The translations under genes and the position numbers were made by a program. A stretch of DNA of 64,000 nucleotides, from positions 5,642,001 through 5,706,000 of the forward strand of contig JBHGNT010000013.1 of the NCBI GenBank assembly GCA_043228905.1, given 5' to 3'. Below, in pieces: positions 35,693 to 48,106 of this stretch. The stretch's first letter is position 1, and every line of letters starts with the position of its first letter. Below the pieces are notes generated by a model. The model ran no database searches. It saw nothing but the letters and a program-made list of their open reading frames with translations, and was not told the DNA's origin. The DNA is from Azolla caroliniana. Lineage: Eukaryota; Plantae; Polypodiophyta.

Positions 35693-37540
35693 TCATTGTT
35701 CACCCAAATTGTCCAAAGTACTTTGTTCCAGAGTTTCCACTTGTTCTTCCGGTTGTGGTTGTTGCGGCTGTGCTTGCTGCTGCTGCTGTGGTTGCGGTTG
35801 GGACTGAGGCTGCTCCGGCTGATCTATAGGCGGCTGCTCCGTTTGTTTCTCTGACTCCGGCTGCTCCGTTTGACTGCTTCCGGTCCGGTCTCCTTCCAGT
35901 AACGGTTCCTCATCACTAAGGTTGACCGTAACCGGTTCTCGTGCTTTCTCTTCCCGGATCCGGGACCTCTCGTAGCTTTCAAACTGGATCTGTGCCTCCA
36001 GCCTGTCGTCGTCCAGCTGAGCTACAAGTTGCCGGACTTGCCCTAGTTGGTCGTCTGCCAAGGCTTGAAAGTCTTCGGCCAACTCATCTCTTATGCCGGT
36101 GAAGTCTTCGGAAGTTAGCATATAGCAATCATCTCCCTCCTTCCGCCGGTTCTCAACGTCGGCCCGGAGCAATTGGAGTTCCGCCGCGTTCGTAGCCCAC
36201 TTGGTCCACCATTTGACGGAACCGTTTTCAATCAAGCTCTTGGTCTGGTTCAACCAGGCCCGCATGATATCCTGGATGCGACTTGCTCCCATTTGCGCTC
36301 TGCTTTCCACCACTTGTCGCTCCTCCTTCAACTGCTTGATGAGATTCGCCGTATCCTCCGCCTGCTCTCTGTAGCGCGTCAGCTGCCCTTGATATGTCGT
36401 TTGCAGCCTCTGCAGTACCTCCGCCGCTCTTTCTTTTTCCGCCTGCTGTTGCCTGAGGAGCTCTGTCCGAACTTTCTCCGCCTCTTCCAACCGTCTTCTG
36501 GTTTCCGCTTGTTCCTTGGCGAATGCGGTTGCGGTCCGATCAACTGCTTGCCGGAGCTCATCCGTCCGTTCCTTGTGCTCCGTTTGCAACCGTTTATACT
36601 CCCGGTGCAAGTTCTCAAATTCCTTTGTTTTTTGTTTGAGCTTGCCGTTGATCTGGCGATGGTTCCGGTCCTCCCGGTCTTACCTGCCGGAGTTCCTCTT
36701 TCAGGCGCTCTACTTCTGTTTCGGCGTTCCTCCGGAGCCTGTCCTTCTCTTGCAGCATTTTCTCCTTCTCCTCCTTGAGCCGGTCGTACGCTTGGTGGCC
36801 TTTCCGTAAGCTCTCCTCGACTCGGCGTAGATTCTCAGCAGTCTTTTTGAGTTCTGCCTCCGCTGCCGTCTTCAACTCTCTTTCGCGGCTCCTCAGCGCT
36901 TCTTGGGCAGCTAGCTCATCCTTTAAGTCCGCAAGCTCTTGGGCTTGTGCCGCATTTCTTTCCGGAACGGTTTCCCTTGCCGGGGTCTGATTGCTATGTA
37001 CAGGTTGATCTGACACTTTATTCTGTACATTGCCCGGAGTCACCGGTGCTTGGACTTGTGTTGTCAAAGCCAATTGAGCCATTTCCCTTGTGACCCTGTC
37101 CAAGTCTTGTTCAAGGCTCCGGATTCTGGACCGGGCCGTCTCTAGATCTACGGTTGTGACGAGCAACCGTTCGTGGTGCGCTCTCTCCTCCGCCTCTATG
37201 TACTCGACCACTCCGGCGATTTGCTCGCCTACCCACCGTAGCCACATGCTACTGGTGCCTTGCTGCTGTACTGGTCCTACTCCTTGGCCGCCGTGTGTGC
37301 TGGCTGGGCTCGCCGGCTGTTGCGTTCCGGTTCTCGCCGTCTCCGGAGCCGTTGGAATGACTTCTTCTATAGAAGTCGACAAGGCCGGTTCCATACGCAC
37401 CGGTTCCGGTTCCTCCCTTGTGGTTTGCTCAGGTTGAGTTGGGGCGTTTCTTCCTCTTGAGGGTACGAACGCTCCCCCGCTGTCCCGGCGGTCCTACTTC
37501 TTGACCGTCGTTGGAGGTGCTCTTCTGGCTCCTCCGTTTC
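35693..37540 (-). pseudogene. Element B extra ORF, C-terminal two thirds, frameshift near 36670
   Basis: WLRWVGEQIAGV, EKDRLRR, LRADVENRRKEGD and EQSTLDNLGEQ* match the A extra ORF. Confidence 0.88.
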
Positions 37541-40500
37541 CTCAAACCCTAAATCCCATCGTGGTCGCCAAAACTGTGTTATTCTCTGACCGGACAAGGC
37601 CTAACACAAGGTGTCACGGAGACACTTCACCAAAGGGTGATTACGGCATAGAATTAAGATTCAACGATTATACCGACTTACGTAGGTTACACGATTAAAG
37701 TGCTTTGGTTAATTACACGCGTAAGATATAACGGTAAGTACAGAACGGAAATCCACACAGAAGTATAAACACCATATGCTCTATTAATTATCCGCTCCGA
37801 TTACAATGGGGTCCGGGCCTTTAAATAGGTTTCCGGCCCGTAGTACAAAACGGTGCATATCGCACCTATTCGGGATCCGTCCGGATCTGGAACGGCATAC
37901 CGTTTCCAGTCAGTCCGTCCATACTATGCTTAATTACAATCATTCTAAATTAATTCCTTCACTCCGTATTTTGGACTCCTTGCCGGCCGGTAACAGCCAT
38001 GTGTAAGTGTATGTGCAATTGTGCACATGAGTGAGTGTGAGTATAGCATGCCCAACAACCAACCCCTTTGAGAAGAAGTCGAGCAACTACACATGGCGGA
38101 GAGTGCAAGAAATGGCGACAATGATGTGTGCAAAATGATGATAATGATGATGATGGTCATGAAGATAACAACAACGAAGAAAATGACCAGGAGTACAGAA
38201 AAAGGAAGATGGCCCATCTATGGAGTTATGCTTCAACTTCATCGATGCTCACTAACACAATCTCTTATGCCTCTGTGGTTCTTGATGATATTTGTATATC
38301 TTCAATAACAATAGTAGTAGTAGTAACAACAATAACATTCTCCTTTATATTACCCTCTTTCATTTCATATCTTCCTCAAGAACTTCATCAGAAGTGATCG
38401 TTATGTCTTCTAATATCTTGTTTTATTCCTCATTCATGACTGTTTCGAGCTCTACATCCTTGACCTCCTCAATAACGGCCTCGGTTCCAATTTCCTTTAC
38501 TTCCTCCGCCTTCTTCACATCACCAGAAGTCTATGTATCATCAAATACATTAATCTTGATTTCTTCCAATTTTATGATAGCAATTTCTTCCACAACACTT
38601 TTGTCTTCATCATCAACTCTTGAATTTTCATATAAACCTTATGGCTATAAAACAAAAGAAACTAGGATTAGAACAAAGAGCAAAACAACTAATCAATCTA
38701 ATTTAAATGATAAATGCACATAGAATACTCACTTTTGAAACTCTGCCACCATTTCGTCGAGGTTGAATTACTTGGCGGCGACTCTTGACAATACAGATAT
38801 TAACAATTTGTCATCCTTGATTCCTTGACTCCCAAATCAACCCTTAATTTGCAGTTCTTATCTAGTGGTACTCCAATAGGTTTGCATCCAAGCATACCAT
38901 ACTTCTTCAACATAGTTGTTGCATACTGTTTTTGCAACATATATATACCACTTGTAGATCTGATCATCTCAATACCAAGAAAGTATCTCAGATCTCCCAA
39001 ATCCTTCATCTGAACTTGCATTTCCAAATTTTTCTTCAACTTGTTTCTTCCATGGAATCACCTCCAATGATTAAATCATCTACATAAATCAAAATAACAA
39101 CAATGCAATCATTTATCCTTTTTACATACAATGAAGGATCGGCTTTTGACATTTTGAAGGCAAGTTTTTTCAAAGATTCTGAAAGTTCCCTATGCCACAC
39201 TCTCGGTGCTTGTGTCAGTCCATAGAAAGCCTTTTTCAGCTTAGAGACATATTCTGGATGCTTCTTGTCTTCAAAACCTAGTGGTTGACACATATACACT
39301 TCTTCTTCTAAGTTACCCTATAGAAAAGCATTTTTTACATCCATATGATGCAAACCCCATCTTCTGGTTGCACCTACAACCAGTATTGTCCTCAATGTTG
39401 CCATCTTTGCAACCGGTGCAAATGTCTCATCATAATCAATCCCTTGCATTTGGGCATATCCCTTTGCAATAAGTCTTGCTTTATGTCTACTAACATTTCC
39501 ATTGGAATCATGTTTTGTTTTGTAGACCCATTTGTAAACCACCACATTTTTTCCTTTTGGTAACTTCACTAAATCCTATGTTTTATTTTTAGCCAATGCA
39601 TCAATCTCTTCTTGCATTGCATCTACCCATTTCTTCTCAGCTTTTGCTTCTTCAAAATAGTTTGGATCAAAGATCTATACCACTTTAGACATATATGCAT
39701 AATGCATAGCCATAAATGTATCACAACCAAATCTCTCAACAATTTTTTTCTCTCTATCGGATCTTCTCCGTTTTTGACTTGCATCCTTCAATGCTTTTTC
39801 CATCCCAAGGATTTTCAAGGCTCTTATACCCAACTTATCATCCAATGATGTATCTGAATCTACATTTTCCATGTTTTTAGATCCATCATCAAGCATTTCA
39901 TATTTTGGCATTTTCTATTTTCCCTTTTTATCATCATATTGTTTATGTCCTCCACTTTTTCCGCTCCATGCATTTGAATCAGATTTACTACCTAAGTTTC
40001 TAGATGGTCCAGAACATTCTGTTGATGTTGAACTTTGTTGTCCAACATTGTTTCCATCTCTATGGTAATCTCTGCCATTTTCAAATTTATCTCAATCTTC
40101 ATTTTCACAGTCGTCATCAGTTTCTACATTTTGTTTTGGGTTGTACCAGTTGCCCAACTCATCAAATATCCCATCCCGACTTACCACAATCTTTTTTGTC
40201 AAAGGGTTATAGCATCTATACCCTTTTTGCTCCTTTGAATATCCAACAAAAATACATTTTTTAGCTTTTGGATCAAGCTTACTTCTCACTTCAGCAAGTA
40301 CATGGACATAAGCAAGGCATCCAAACACTTTTAAGTGTTCTAAACTAGGCTTCCTGCCATAGAAACACTCTTCAAGAGTTACTTCATGTACTCCCGATAT
40401 TATACATCTATTTAGAATATAATTTGCTATATTTACAGCTTCTGCCCAGTAATACATATTTTTCTCTATCATTAAAGCCCTTGCTATGTTCACCAAGGTT

Positions 40501-41061
40501 CTGTTTTTTCTCTCTACAACTCCATTTTGCTGTGGAGTGCATCTACATGTAAATTGTCTTCTTATTCCTTGATTGCATAGAAAACCAGAAAATTCTTTGG
40601 AGAAATATTCTCCTCCTCCATCAGATCTTGAACATTTTATTCTTGTTTCAGCTTGCTTTTCTAGCACGCATTTAAACTTACGAAAGCAATCAAACACTTC
40701 ACTTTTCTCCTTCATAAAGTAAACCCTTGTTTTCCTTGAGCAATCATCAATAAACGTTACATAAAATCTACAAACACCGATACATGCATTTTTTGTTGGT
40801 CCCCATACATCCGTATGTTCTAAATCCAAATAATTTTTGCTTACATGTCTTTCATGAGAGAAAGGCAACCTATTTTGCTTTCCATATTGGCATGCTTCAC
40901 ATATTTCTCCGGTCTCACAATCTTTCAACTTAGGCAGTCCAACCACTTCATTTTTCCTCAACATATTTTTCAGGGTTTGCATGCTTATGTGTCCGATTCT
41001 TTTATGCCACATTTTTACATCTGAGATTACACTCATTCCTTCTACAAACATGATTGTAATC

Positions 41062-44000
41062 TGACAGGAATATGCTGAATATTGCTCGGTCGCAACCGAG
41101 TCTTAGGATCAACCACAGAAAGATGGGAATAAAAATGCACGTATACACACAAACAATAGAGCAAGAAAGAGTACACAGGATGTTTACGTGGAAAACCCTA
41201 AACAGGAAAAACCACGGGAGCCCACTAGCTCCAAACTATCACTATGTCTACAAGAATACAACAAAAGGAACACAGAGGCAACGACCTCTTGCTCACAATC
41301 TTCGCTTGGCGGCGGTTACAACAGAGACTCACACTGTATCTCTCTTTCTCTCTGTACAACAACTACTCATACAACGATCTGCAACCACACTTAATAGTGT
41401 TTGCCCTAGGTCATATTTATACTAATATGACTTTAGGAATATTTACAAATATAGCCCCAATGGGCTTCTCACAAACATATTTACATATATGTGCCTTCAT
41501 CTGGTGAGAGGTTCTCACCGGGCCTGCATCATCTGGTTCTCACCGGGTCTTCCTTGCCAGGTACTCATCATCTGGTTCTCACCGGGTCTTCCTTGACGGG
41601 TACTCATCATCCCATCTGGAGGGACCGAAATCCCAACAATCTCCCCCTTCACTTCGGTATGGGATATTTGGTTAGTCCGATCCGCTTTCGACACATGTCG
41701 AGCTTGTTGGGTGTCAACCCCTTGGTCAACATATTCAACCCATTCTCCTCCGTGTGGATCTTCGTCAGCATGAACTCTCGGTCTTCCACTCGCTCCTGGA
41801 TCTAGTGATACCTGCGCTGGATGTACTTCGTCCTAGAATGGTATGCCGAGTTCTTTGCAAGGTGGATGGCACTTTGACTATCGCAATAGAGTTGGTATTC
41901 CTCTTGCCAGATCCCTAGCTCTCCGATGAAGTCCTTTATCCATAATATTTCCTTGCCGGCTTCCACAACTACCATGTATTTCGCCTCCGTGGTTGACAAC
42001 GGAACCGTCTTCTGCAGCCTCGACTGCCACGAAACAACATCCCTTGCATATGTCATAACATATCCGGATGTTGACCGGCTGGTATCCACATCAGTCGACA
42101 TATCAGAATCGGTAAAACCGTCGAGATGGGGTTTACTGGAGCCGAATCAGAGGCACATACTTGAGGTGCCTTTCAAGTACCGGAGTATCCACTTTACCGC
42201 GTTCCAGTGCTCTCTTCCAGGATTGCTCATGAACCGGCTCACCACTCTGACTGCATATCCAACATCCGGTCGAGTACACACCATTGCGTACATCAAGCTC
42301 CCAACCACAAAGGCGTATGGAATCTTCATCATATCTGCCTTCTCTACCTTTGTCCTCAGGCTCTGCTTTCCAGATAGATTGCAATTTGGTGGAAGTGTCG
42401 ATCCGACCAGTCACACGTCCGACATGTTGAACCGTTGAAGCACCTTTGTCACGTACTTTTCCTGTGACAGCCACAATAGCTTCTTTGACCGATGTCGGAT
42501 GATGTGCATCCCCAATATCTGTCTTGCCGAACCCAAGTCTTTCATTGAGAAGGTCCGATTAAGGGCCTTCTTCAACATCCGTATCTTGACTTGGTCTCGT
42601 CCGACAATCAACATGTGGTCCACGTACAGGAGCAATATCAAGAAAACGGCCGGTTCTTCGAGTGTCAACCGGCTCCTAGCCGGGTAGGTCCGTATCTCAT
42701 CGAACCGATCTTTACCAGTCGCTTCGGAGTTCATTATCTTCTTCGTCAACTCCCAATCAACAATGGTCTTATCCTCCATGAAGATAATATCTCAACTCCA
42801 TAAAACCTTCTTGTCGACCGGATCCCACACTCGGTAACCAAACTCATCATCGCCGTATCCGAGGAATATGCAAGGCCGAGACTTAGGATCCAACTTCGCT
42901 CTCCGGTCCTTTGCAACGTTGTCGTGCCTTTCGGCTCCGGATTGTTGCGTGAGTCGAGTGGGAACCACTGAGGTTTTAGACTAGGAGAAAGAAGAATATG
43001 AGATAAGGCTAGTAATGAATAGGTAGAAGGATAGGTAAGTTATGAATCTCCTGAATCCCACGAATATATTATATTAATTGATGTTTTAGGAAATATATCC
43101 AATTTCCAAATTTTTCACACACACCCATTACATTGTGCTCCCCATCCTTATATAATGATGAGAGAGTCTTCACAATCCATGCCTTTTTCTCTAACTATAG
43201 ACTATATGCTTTATCTAACATGCTTTTTATAAAGTCATGCGTTTTTTTATTGACTATAGTGTTCATGCACGCTAGATGTGCATGTGTAGCTTTTTCTTTT
43301 ATCATGCGTGTTCTTCTAACTAAAGTTTATCCTAGCGTGAACTTACCTTTCTATGCGGGACGTTTACTCTTTTAACACTAATGATATGTTAGTGTAATGG
43401 TAAGGCTTCACATTATAAATATAGAGGTGCAAGGTTCGAATCTTGCCCTATGCATGTAACAATCTTTTCTTTTATTTACAAATTTGTCTCTTCATCCTGT
43501 TCTCACCGGTTCTTACTGGGTCTGCTTCATCCGGTTCTCACTGGTTTTCTTTATTCCGTTCTTACCGGGTCCTCATTATCGGTCCTCTTTGTCCGTTTCT
43601 CACTGACTCTCACCGGCCTTCTTTATCCGGCTCTTCCCGGGTCCTCCTTATTGGTTCCTCCGTGCTCCATCCGGAGGGACAAAAATGCAATTTTCTCATA
43701 GTGTCCGAATTACACTATGACAATGTGCATGTAAGTGAGACAACCCGGAACACCTTTAGATGCTGGTAGGACACTTCCTTACCGGTCCATACTCTTTGTG
43801 GCATGTCTCCATCCAAGGGTACTAAGGGTGATCTGTTTATCACGTACGTCGTTGTCGTCAGCGCATCAGCCCAAAACATCTTGGGTAACTTTGCATGTGC
43901 TAGCATACTCCAGACCTTCTCCATTATGGTCTGGTTCATCCTCACGGCCAACCCGTTGAGTTCCGGCGTCTTCGGCACAATAAATTCGAGCCGGATTCCC

Positions 44001-46255
44001 TTCAAGCGGCAGTACTCCTCGAACTGCCCCTAGTATTCTCCTCCGTTATCTGCTCGAACCGCCTTCAGCTTCTAGCCGGTTTACCTCTCCACTCTTGCGT
44101 GGAGCTCCTTGAGGACGGATAACACCTGATCCTTCGTCTTCAGCGGTGTGGCCCATAGCTTCCAGCATGTGACTTCATGTCCACTTGATACACATCAGTA
44201 TGCATCAGCTCCAGTGGTGCATTCCGTCTCATCGGTGGCCTTGATCCGAAGGAAGTCCGGTTTTGCTTACCGGCCAGGCAATCGGTGCACTTCTCAAGAT
44301 GCACGTCTTTCACCGGAATGAGGTTGTATTTGGCAAGCCTCCTCATCCCCTTCTCACTCATGTGACACATTCTCTTGTGCCACAGCTCACCGGCAGTGTC
44401 AGATGTTACGTTCACTTCTTCCGGGCATAACCAGGCATTCATCAGTTACAATGTGTTGACCTTTCGGGCCCGAGCCACTATAAGGCTCCCTTTGCTGAAC
44501 TTCATGACACCATTCCGGATGCTACCCGTGTAGCCTTCATCATCTAGCCGACCGACTGATCTCAGGTTGAGGCGAACCTCCGGAACGTGTCAGACATCCT
44601 TCAACAGCATCTTGCATCCGGTTGGTGTTGTTAACCACACGTCTCCTATCCCGACAATTCGGCATGTTCCCTCATTCCCCATCCAACATAGCCGTGCTCG
44701 CCGCCTGTGTAGGATGAGAAGCATTTCCGGTCCGGAGTAAGATGGAACGACGCCCCAGAATCGACAACCCACGTTGTCTCATCGTTGGCAAGGTTCAGTT
44801 CATTCTCCTCAGTGATGAGCATTATTTACTCTTCACTTGCCGTGATTGCCATCGTTCCCTTCCAGTCCAAACCATTTCGGTCTAGAGACGCTTCGATTCG
44901 GTACTGTCGATTCCCTTGTCTTTTCAGAAATGCCGAGAGTTCCTCTGGAAGTGCCCTGGCTTCCCGCAATAAAAGCATGTGGGCCTCTCCCTTGACTTTG
45001 ACTGTGTCCCCGACTTTTCCCGGTTCTAGGGACTCCAGTTTCTTTGTCTTCCACGTTCCGATTCAGTAAGGAGTGCTTTGGGGTCGGAGATCACCACTTT
45101 GTCTTTCCGACGCACCTCCTCATCTAGCAAGCTCGACTTGACTCTTGCTCGGGACAACTATTTTCCTTCCGCCCCGGCGTTGCCCAAAGTGACAAGTAAC
45201 GTCTCCCAACTATCCGGGAGGGAACCGAGCAGAAGTAATGCTAGTACCTCATCGGCGAGAGGTACTTCCAACAATGTTGCCTGGTGAATGAGCCCTTGGA
45301 AGGCATTCATGTGCTCCGCCATGTTGGAGCCATCTTGGTACAAGAGCTACATTAGCTTCCGGAACACCGAAATGTGATTAACGGCATTTTGGTTCTAGAA
45401 CATGATGTCGATCTTCTCCCAGAGTTCTTGAGCCTTGCTCTCTTTATTGAAGTTGGTGTACAGGCTCATGTCGATGAAGCACCGGATGTATGCCGTCGTC
45501 TTCATGTGCATCACCTCCCACACTGTGGCATCGATCATATCCGGCCTCTTGTCCCCGAATTGAACCGGCAACCAAAGATCTTTAACCACCAGCATGTCCC
45601 TCATCTTCGACTTCCACACTGAGTAGTTGGAGCCGGTGAGCTTGAACATGCCGCCGAAAGGTTCTTCCATTTTCTGTGTTGTTCGCTCTGATACTAGTTT
45701 GACAGGAATATGCAGAATATTGCTCGGTCGCAATTGAGTCTTAGGATCAACCATAGAAAGATGGGAATAGGAAGAAATGCACGTATACACACAAAAAATA
45801 GAGCAAGAAAGAGTACACAAGATGTTTACATGGAAAACCCTAAACAGGAACAACCACGGGAGCCCACTAGCTCCAAACTATCACCATGTCTAGAAAAATA
45901 CAACAAAAGGAACATAGAGGCAACGACCTCGTGCTCACAATCTTCGCTTGGCGGCGGTTACAACAGAGACTCACATTGTATCTCTCTCTCTCTCTGTACA
46001 ATAGTTACTCATACAATGATCTTGTACAATAGTTACTCATACAATGATCTGCAACCACAGTTAATGGTGTTTGCCCTAGGTCATATTTATACTAATATGA
46101 CTTTAGGACTATCTACAAATATAGCCCCAATGGGCTTCTTAGAAACATATTTACATATATGTGCCTTCCTCCGGTGAGAGGTTCTCAACGGGCCTGCATC
46201 ATCTGGTTCTCACCGGGTACTCATCATCCCATCCGGAGGAACCGAAATCCCAACA
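41062..46255 (-). mobile_element. Ty1/copia element H (Tnt1/Tork-like), internally deleted
   Basis: LTRs 41062-41638 and 45700-46255, TSD TAATC, PBS 45685-45696 (TGG mutated to TAG), PPT 41639-41650; N-terminal RT missing near 42650. Confidence 0.94.
42920..43722 (-). mobile_element. Solo LTR (chromovirus-type TGTCAT start) inside Copia-H integrase
   Basis: TG...CA, TSD ACGT/ATGT, YMHVAKDRR rejoins across it; tRNA-like 43383-43454. Confidence 0.75.
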
Positions 46256-48106
46256 TAATCTTCCTATGCATATCAACATCAAAAACAAACGTTCTTCCTT
46301 GTCGTTTTCTTTTTGTAATGAGCTTTCCATTTTTCTCTATAAAGCATCCACTTTGCTTAAACTTGACTTGCATTCCTTTCTCTAGTATCTGTCCAACAGA
46401 AATCAAATTTTTAGCAAGATTTGTAACATGCATTACATTCAACATATACTTTGTTTTTCCTTTTTCTTCTGACAATGGGATATCTCCAACATGCTGAATT
46501 TGGTGAGTAGTATTATAACCTGTCTGTACATAACCAGAAATCTCTGGTTCTCTTAAACTCTCAAACTAGTTTGCATGTCCAGTCATATGATTTGATGTCC
46601 CTGAATCTACATACCACGTAAAAACTTCATTACATTTCTGTGAGCATTCAACCATTGCTGCTGTTTTATGTTGCATCACAAATGCACCATATTTATCACA
46701 ATCTTCACTAGTTGAGGCATAGTTTTTCTGTTGTCTCTTCCCTCTTTTCTCATCATTTTTCTTCTTATAGCATTCAGCCTGTGTATGGCCTGGCTTTCCA
46801 CAATACTAGCAACCATCATCATTCAAATAGGTTTGCTTACCTCTATCTCGATTGCTCCCCCTTCCTCTGATGTTGTTTCTTCCCTTAATAGCCTGTTGTC
46901 CTCTTCCTTGATAATTATTGTTGTTGGTTCTAGCTAAACCAAATCTTCCATGGCCTCTTCCTCAACCTCTTATAGCACTATTATAGAGGGCTTGCCCCTC
47001 ATTCTCTGAGTTTTCTTTGTTTACATCATCTATCTGATTTCTTTCTTCTAATACAAGCATTGAAACCAGATCTAGAAAACTTGGGATACTTGTGAGAATA
47101 GATGTTTTAAAGCTCTGGTATTTAAGAATATTTCCACCTTATCATCATCTTCTACCTTCACATTAATAGAAGCAAGTGACTCACATATGCTCTTAATTTT
47201 CAGAGCATACTCATTTACTGACATCTTACCTTTTTCCAAGGTATTTAGCTCAGTCTTCAACTGAAGCTTTCTTGCCTTTGTATTCACTGCAAACAGTTTT
47301 ACCAAACTGTTCCAAGCTTCTTTTGGAAGCATAACATCCTATATATGTCCAAGCATCGAGTTTGAGATGCTAAGTGACAACCAATGCAATACCTTTCTTG
47401 CCCCTTGATTCCAATCTTTAAATGCTTTAATCTGTGCAACAATTGCATTCTCTTCTGGGATCTCTGGAGCCTCTTCTAGGTCTCCTTCAATATAATCCCA
47501 ATATCCTTTTCCCATGGGGAAATTTGTCATTCTAAATTTGCACGCCAGGAAATTGTTTTTATCTAATTTTTCTGTCACTATTTAGCTTCCATTTTTAGCA
47601 GCCATTCTCTTATTCAAATTAGGGCTTTTGCTACAGTTTACTTCAAAAACAACTCTCTAATTTAGATCAATAAACAAAAACAGGATTTAGGGTTTGACTC
47701 TTCTTTACGAGCAACTCAGCTTTGATACCATGTTAAGAAACGTGTTGCAAAGGCACTCCGGCTCTTCTATGTGCAAAGCGGATCGTGATGTGTTGGATCA
47801 TTAGTGTGCTTGTACACAGAAAAGAAGGGGGAAGGGGACTTACCTCTGTAGCAACCAAAAAAGTCTTCTTCTATTTCATTACAAGTAGAGCTCAACTCAC
47901 TCTCGTCTGTTTTTCTTACTTCTTTGTTCTCTACTCTAACTTGCTTCACTTTACTATTCTATCACTCTCTAGCTAAGTTATAAGTTACTTACATATGCAG
48001 CTAATTAGCTGTCAGTAGCTAAATAGCTGTTAGTAGCTAATTAGTTGTGCATAGCTAAATAGTTGTTTCACTTTTATTTCCACAAGTTGCTAATTAGCTG
48101 ATAGCT

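Larger units (their letters stand above)
35222..37995 (-). mobile_element. Non-autonomous element B (A family): two 419-bp LTRs, no gag-pol
   Basis: LTRs 35222-35640 and 37577-37995 (3 differences seen), TSD GCCAT, PBS TGGCGACCACGATGGG at 37555-37570 (minus). Confidence 0.95.
38790..48106 (-). mobile_element. Degenerate AT-rich Ty1/copia element E, 3'-truncated, interrupted by Copia-H
   Basis: LTR from 47731, PBS 47719-47730, gag (TEKLDKNNF), WYVDSGTS, integrase 40092-41051, RT fragments 38800-39569. Confidence 0.88.

Noticed and set aside
35058-38056. Possible LTR hosting element B
   Set aside because: TG/CA candidates exist, but there is no TSD or second copy to confirm.
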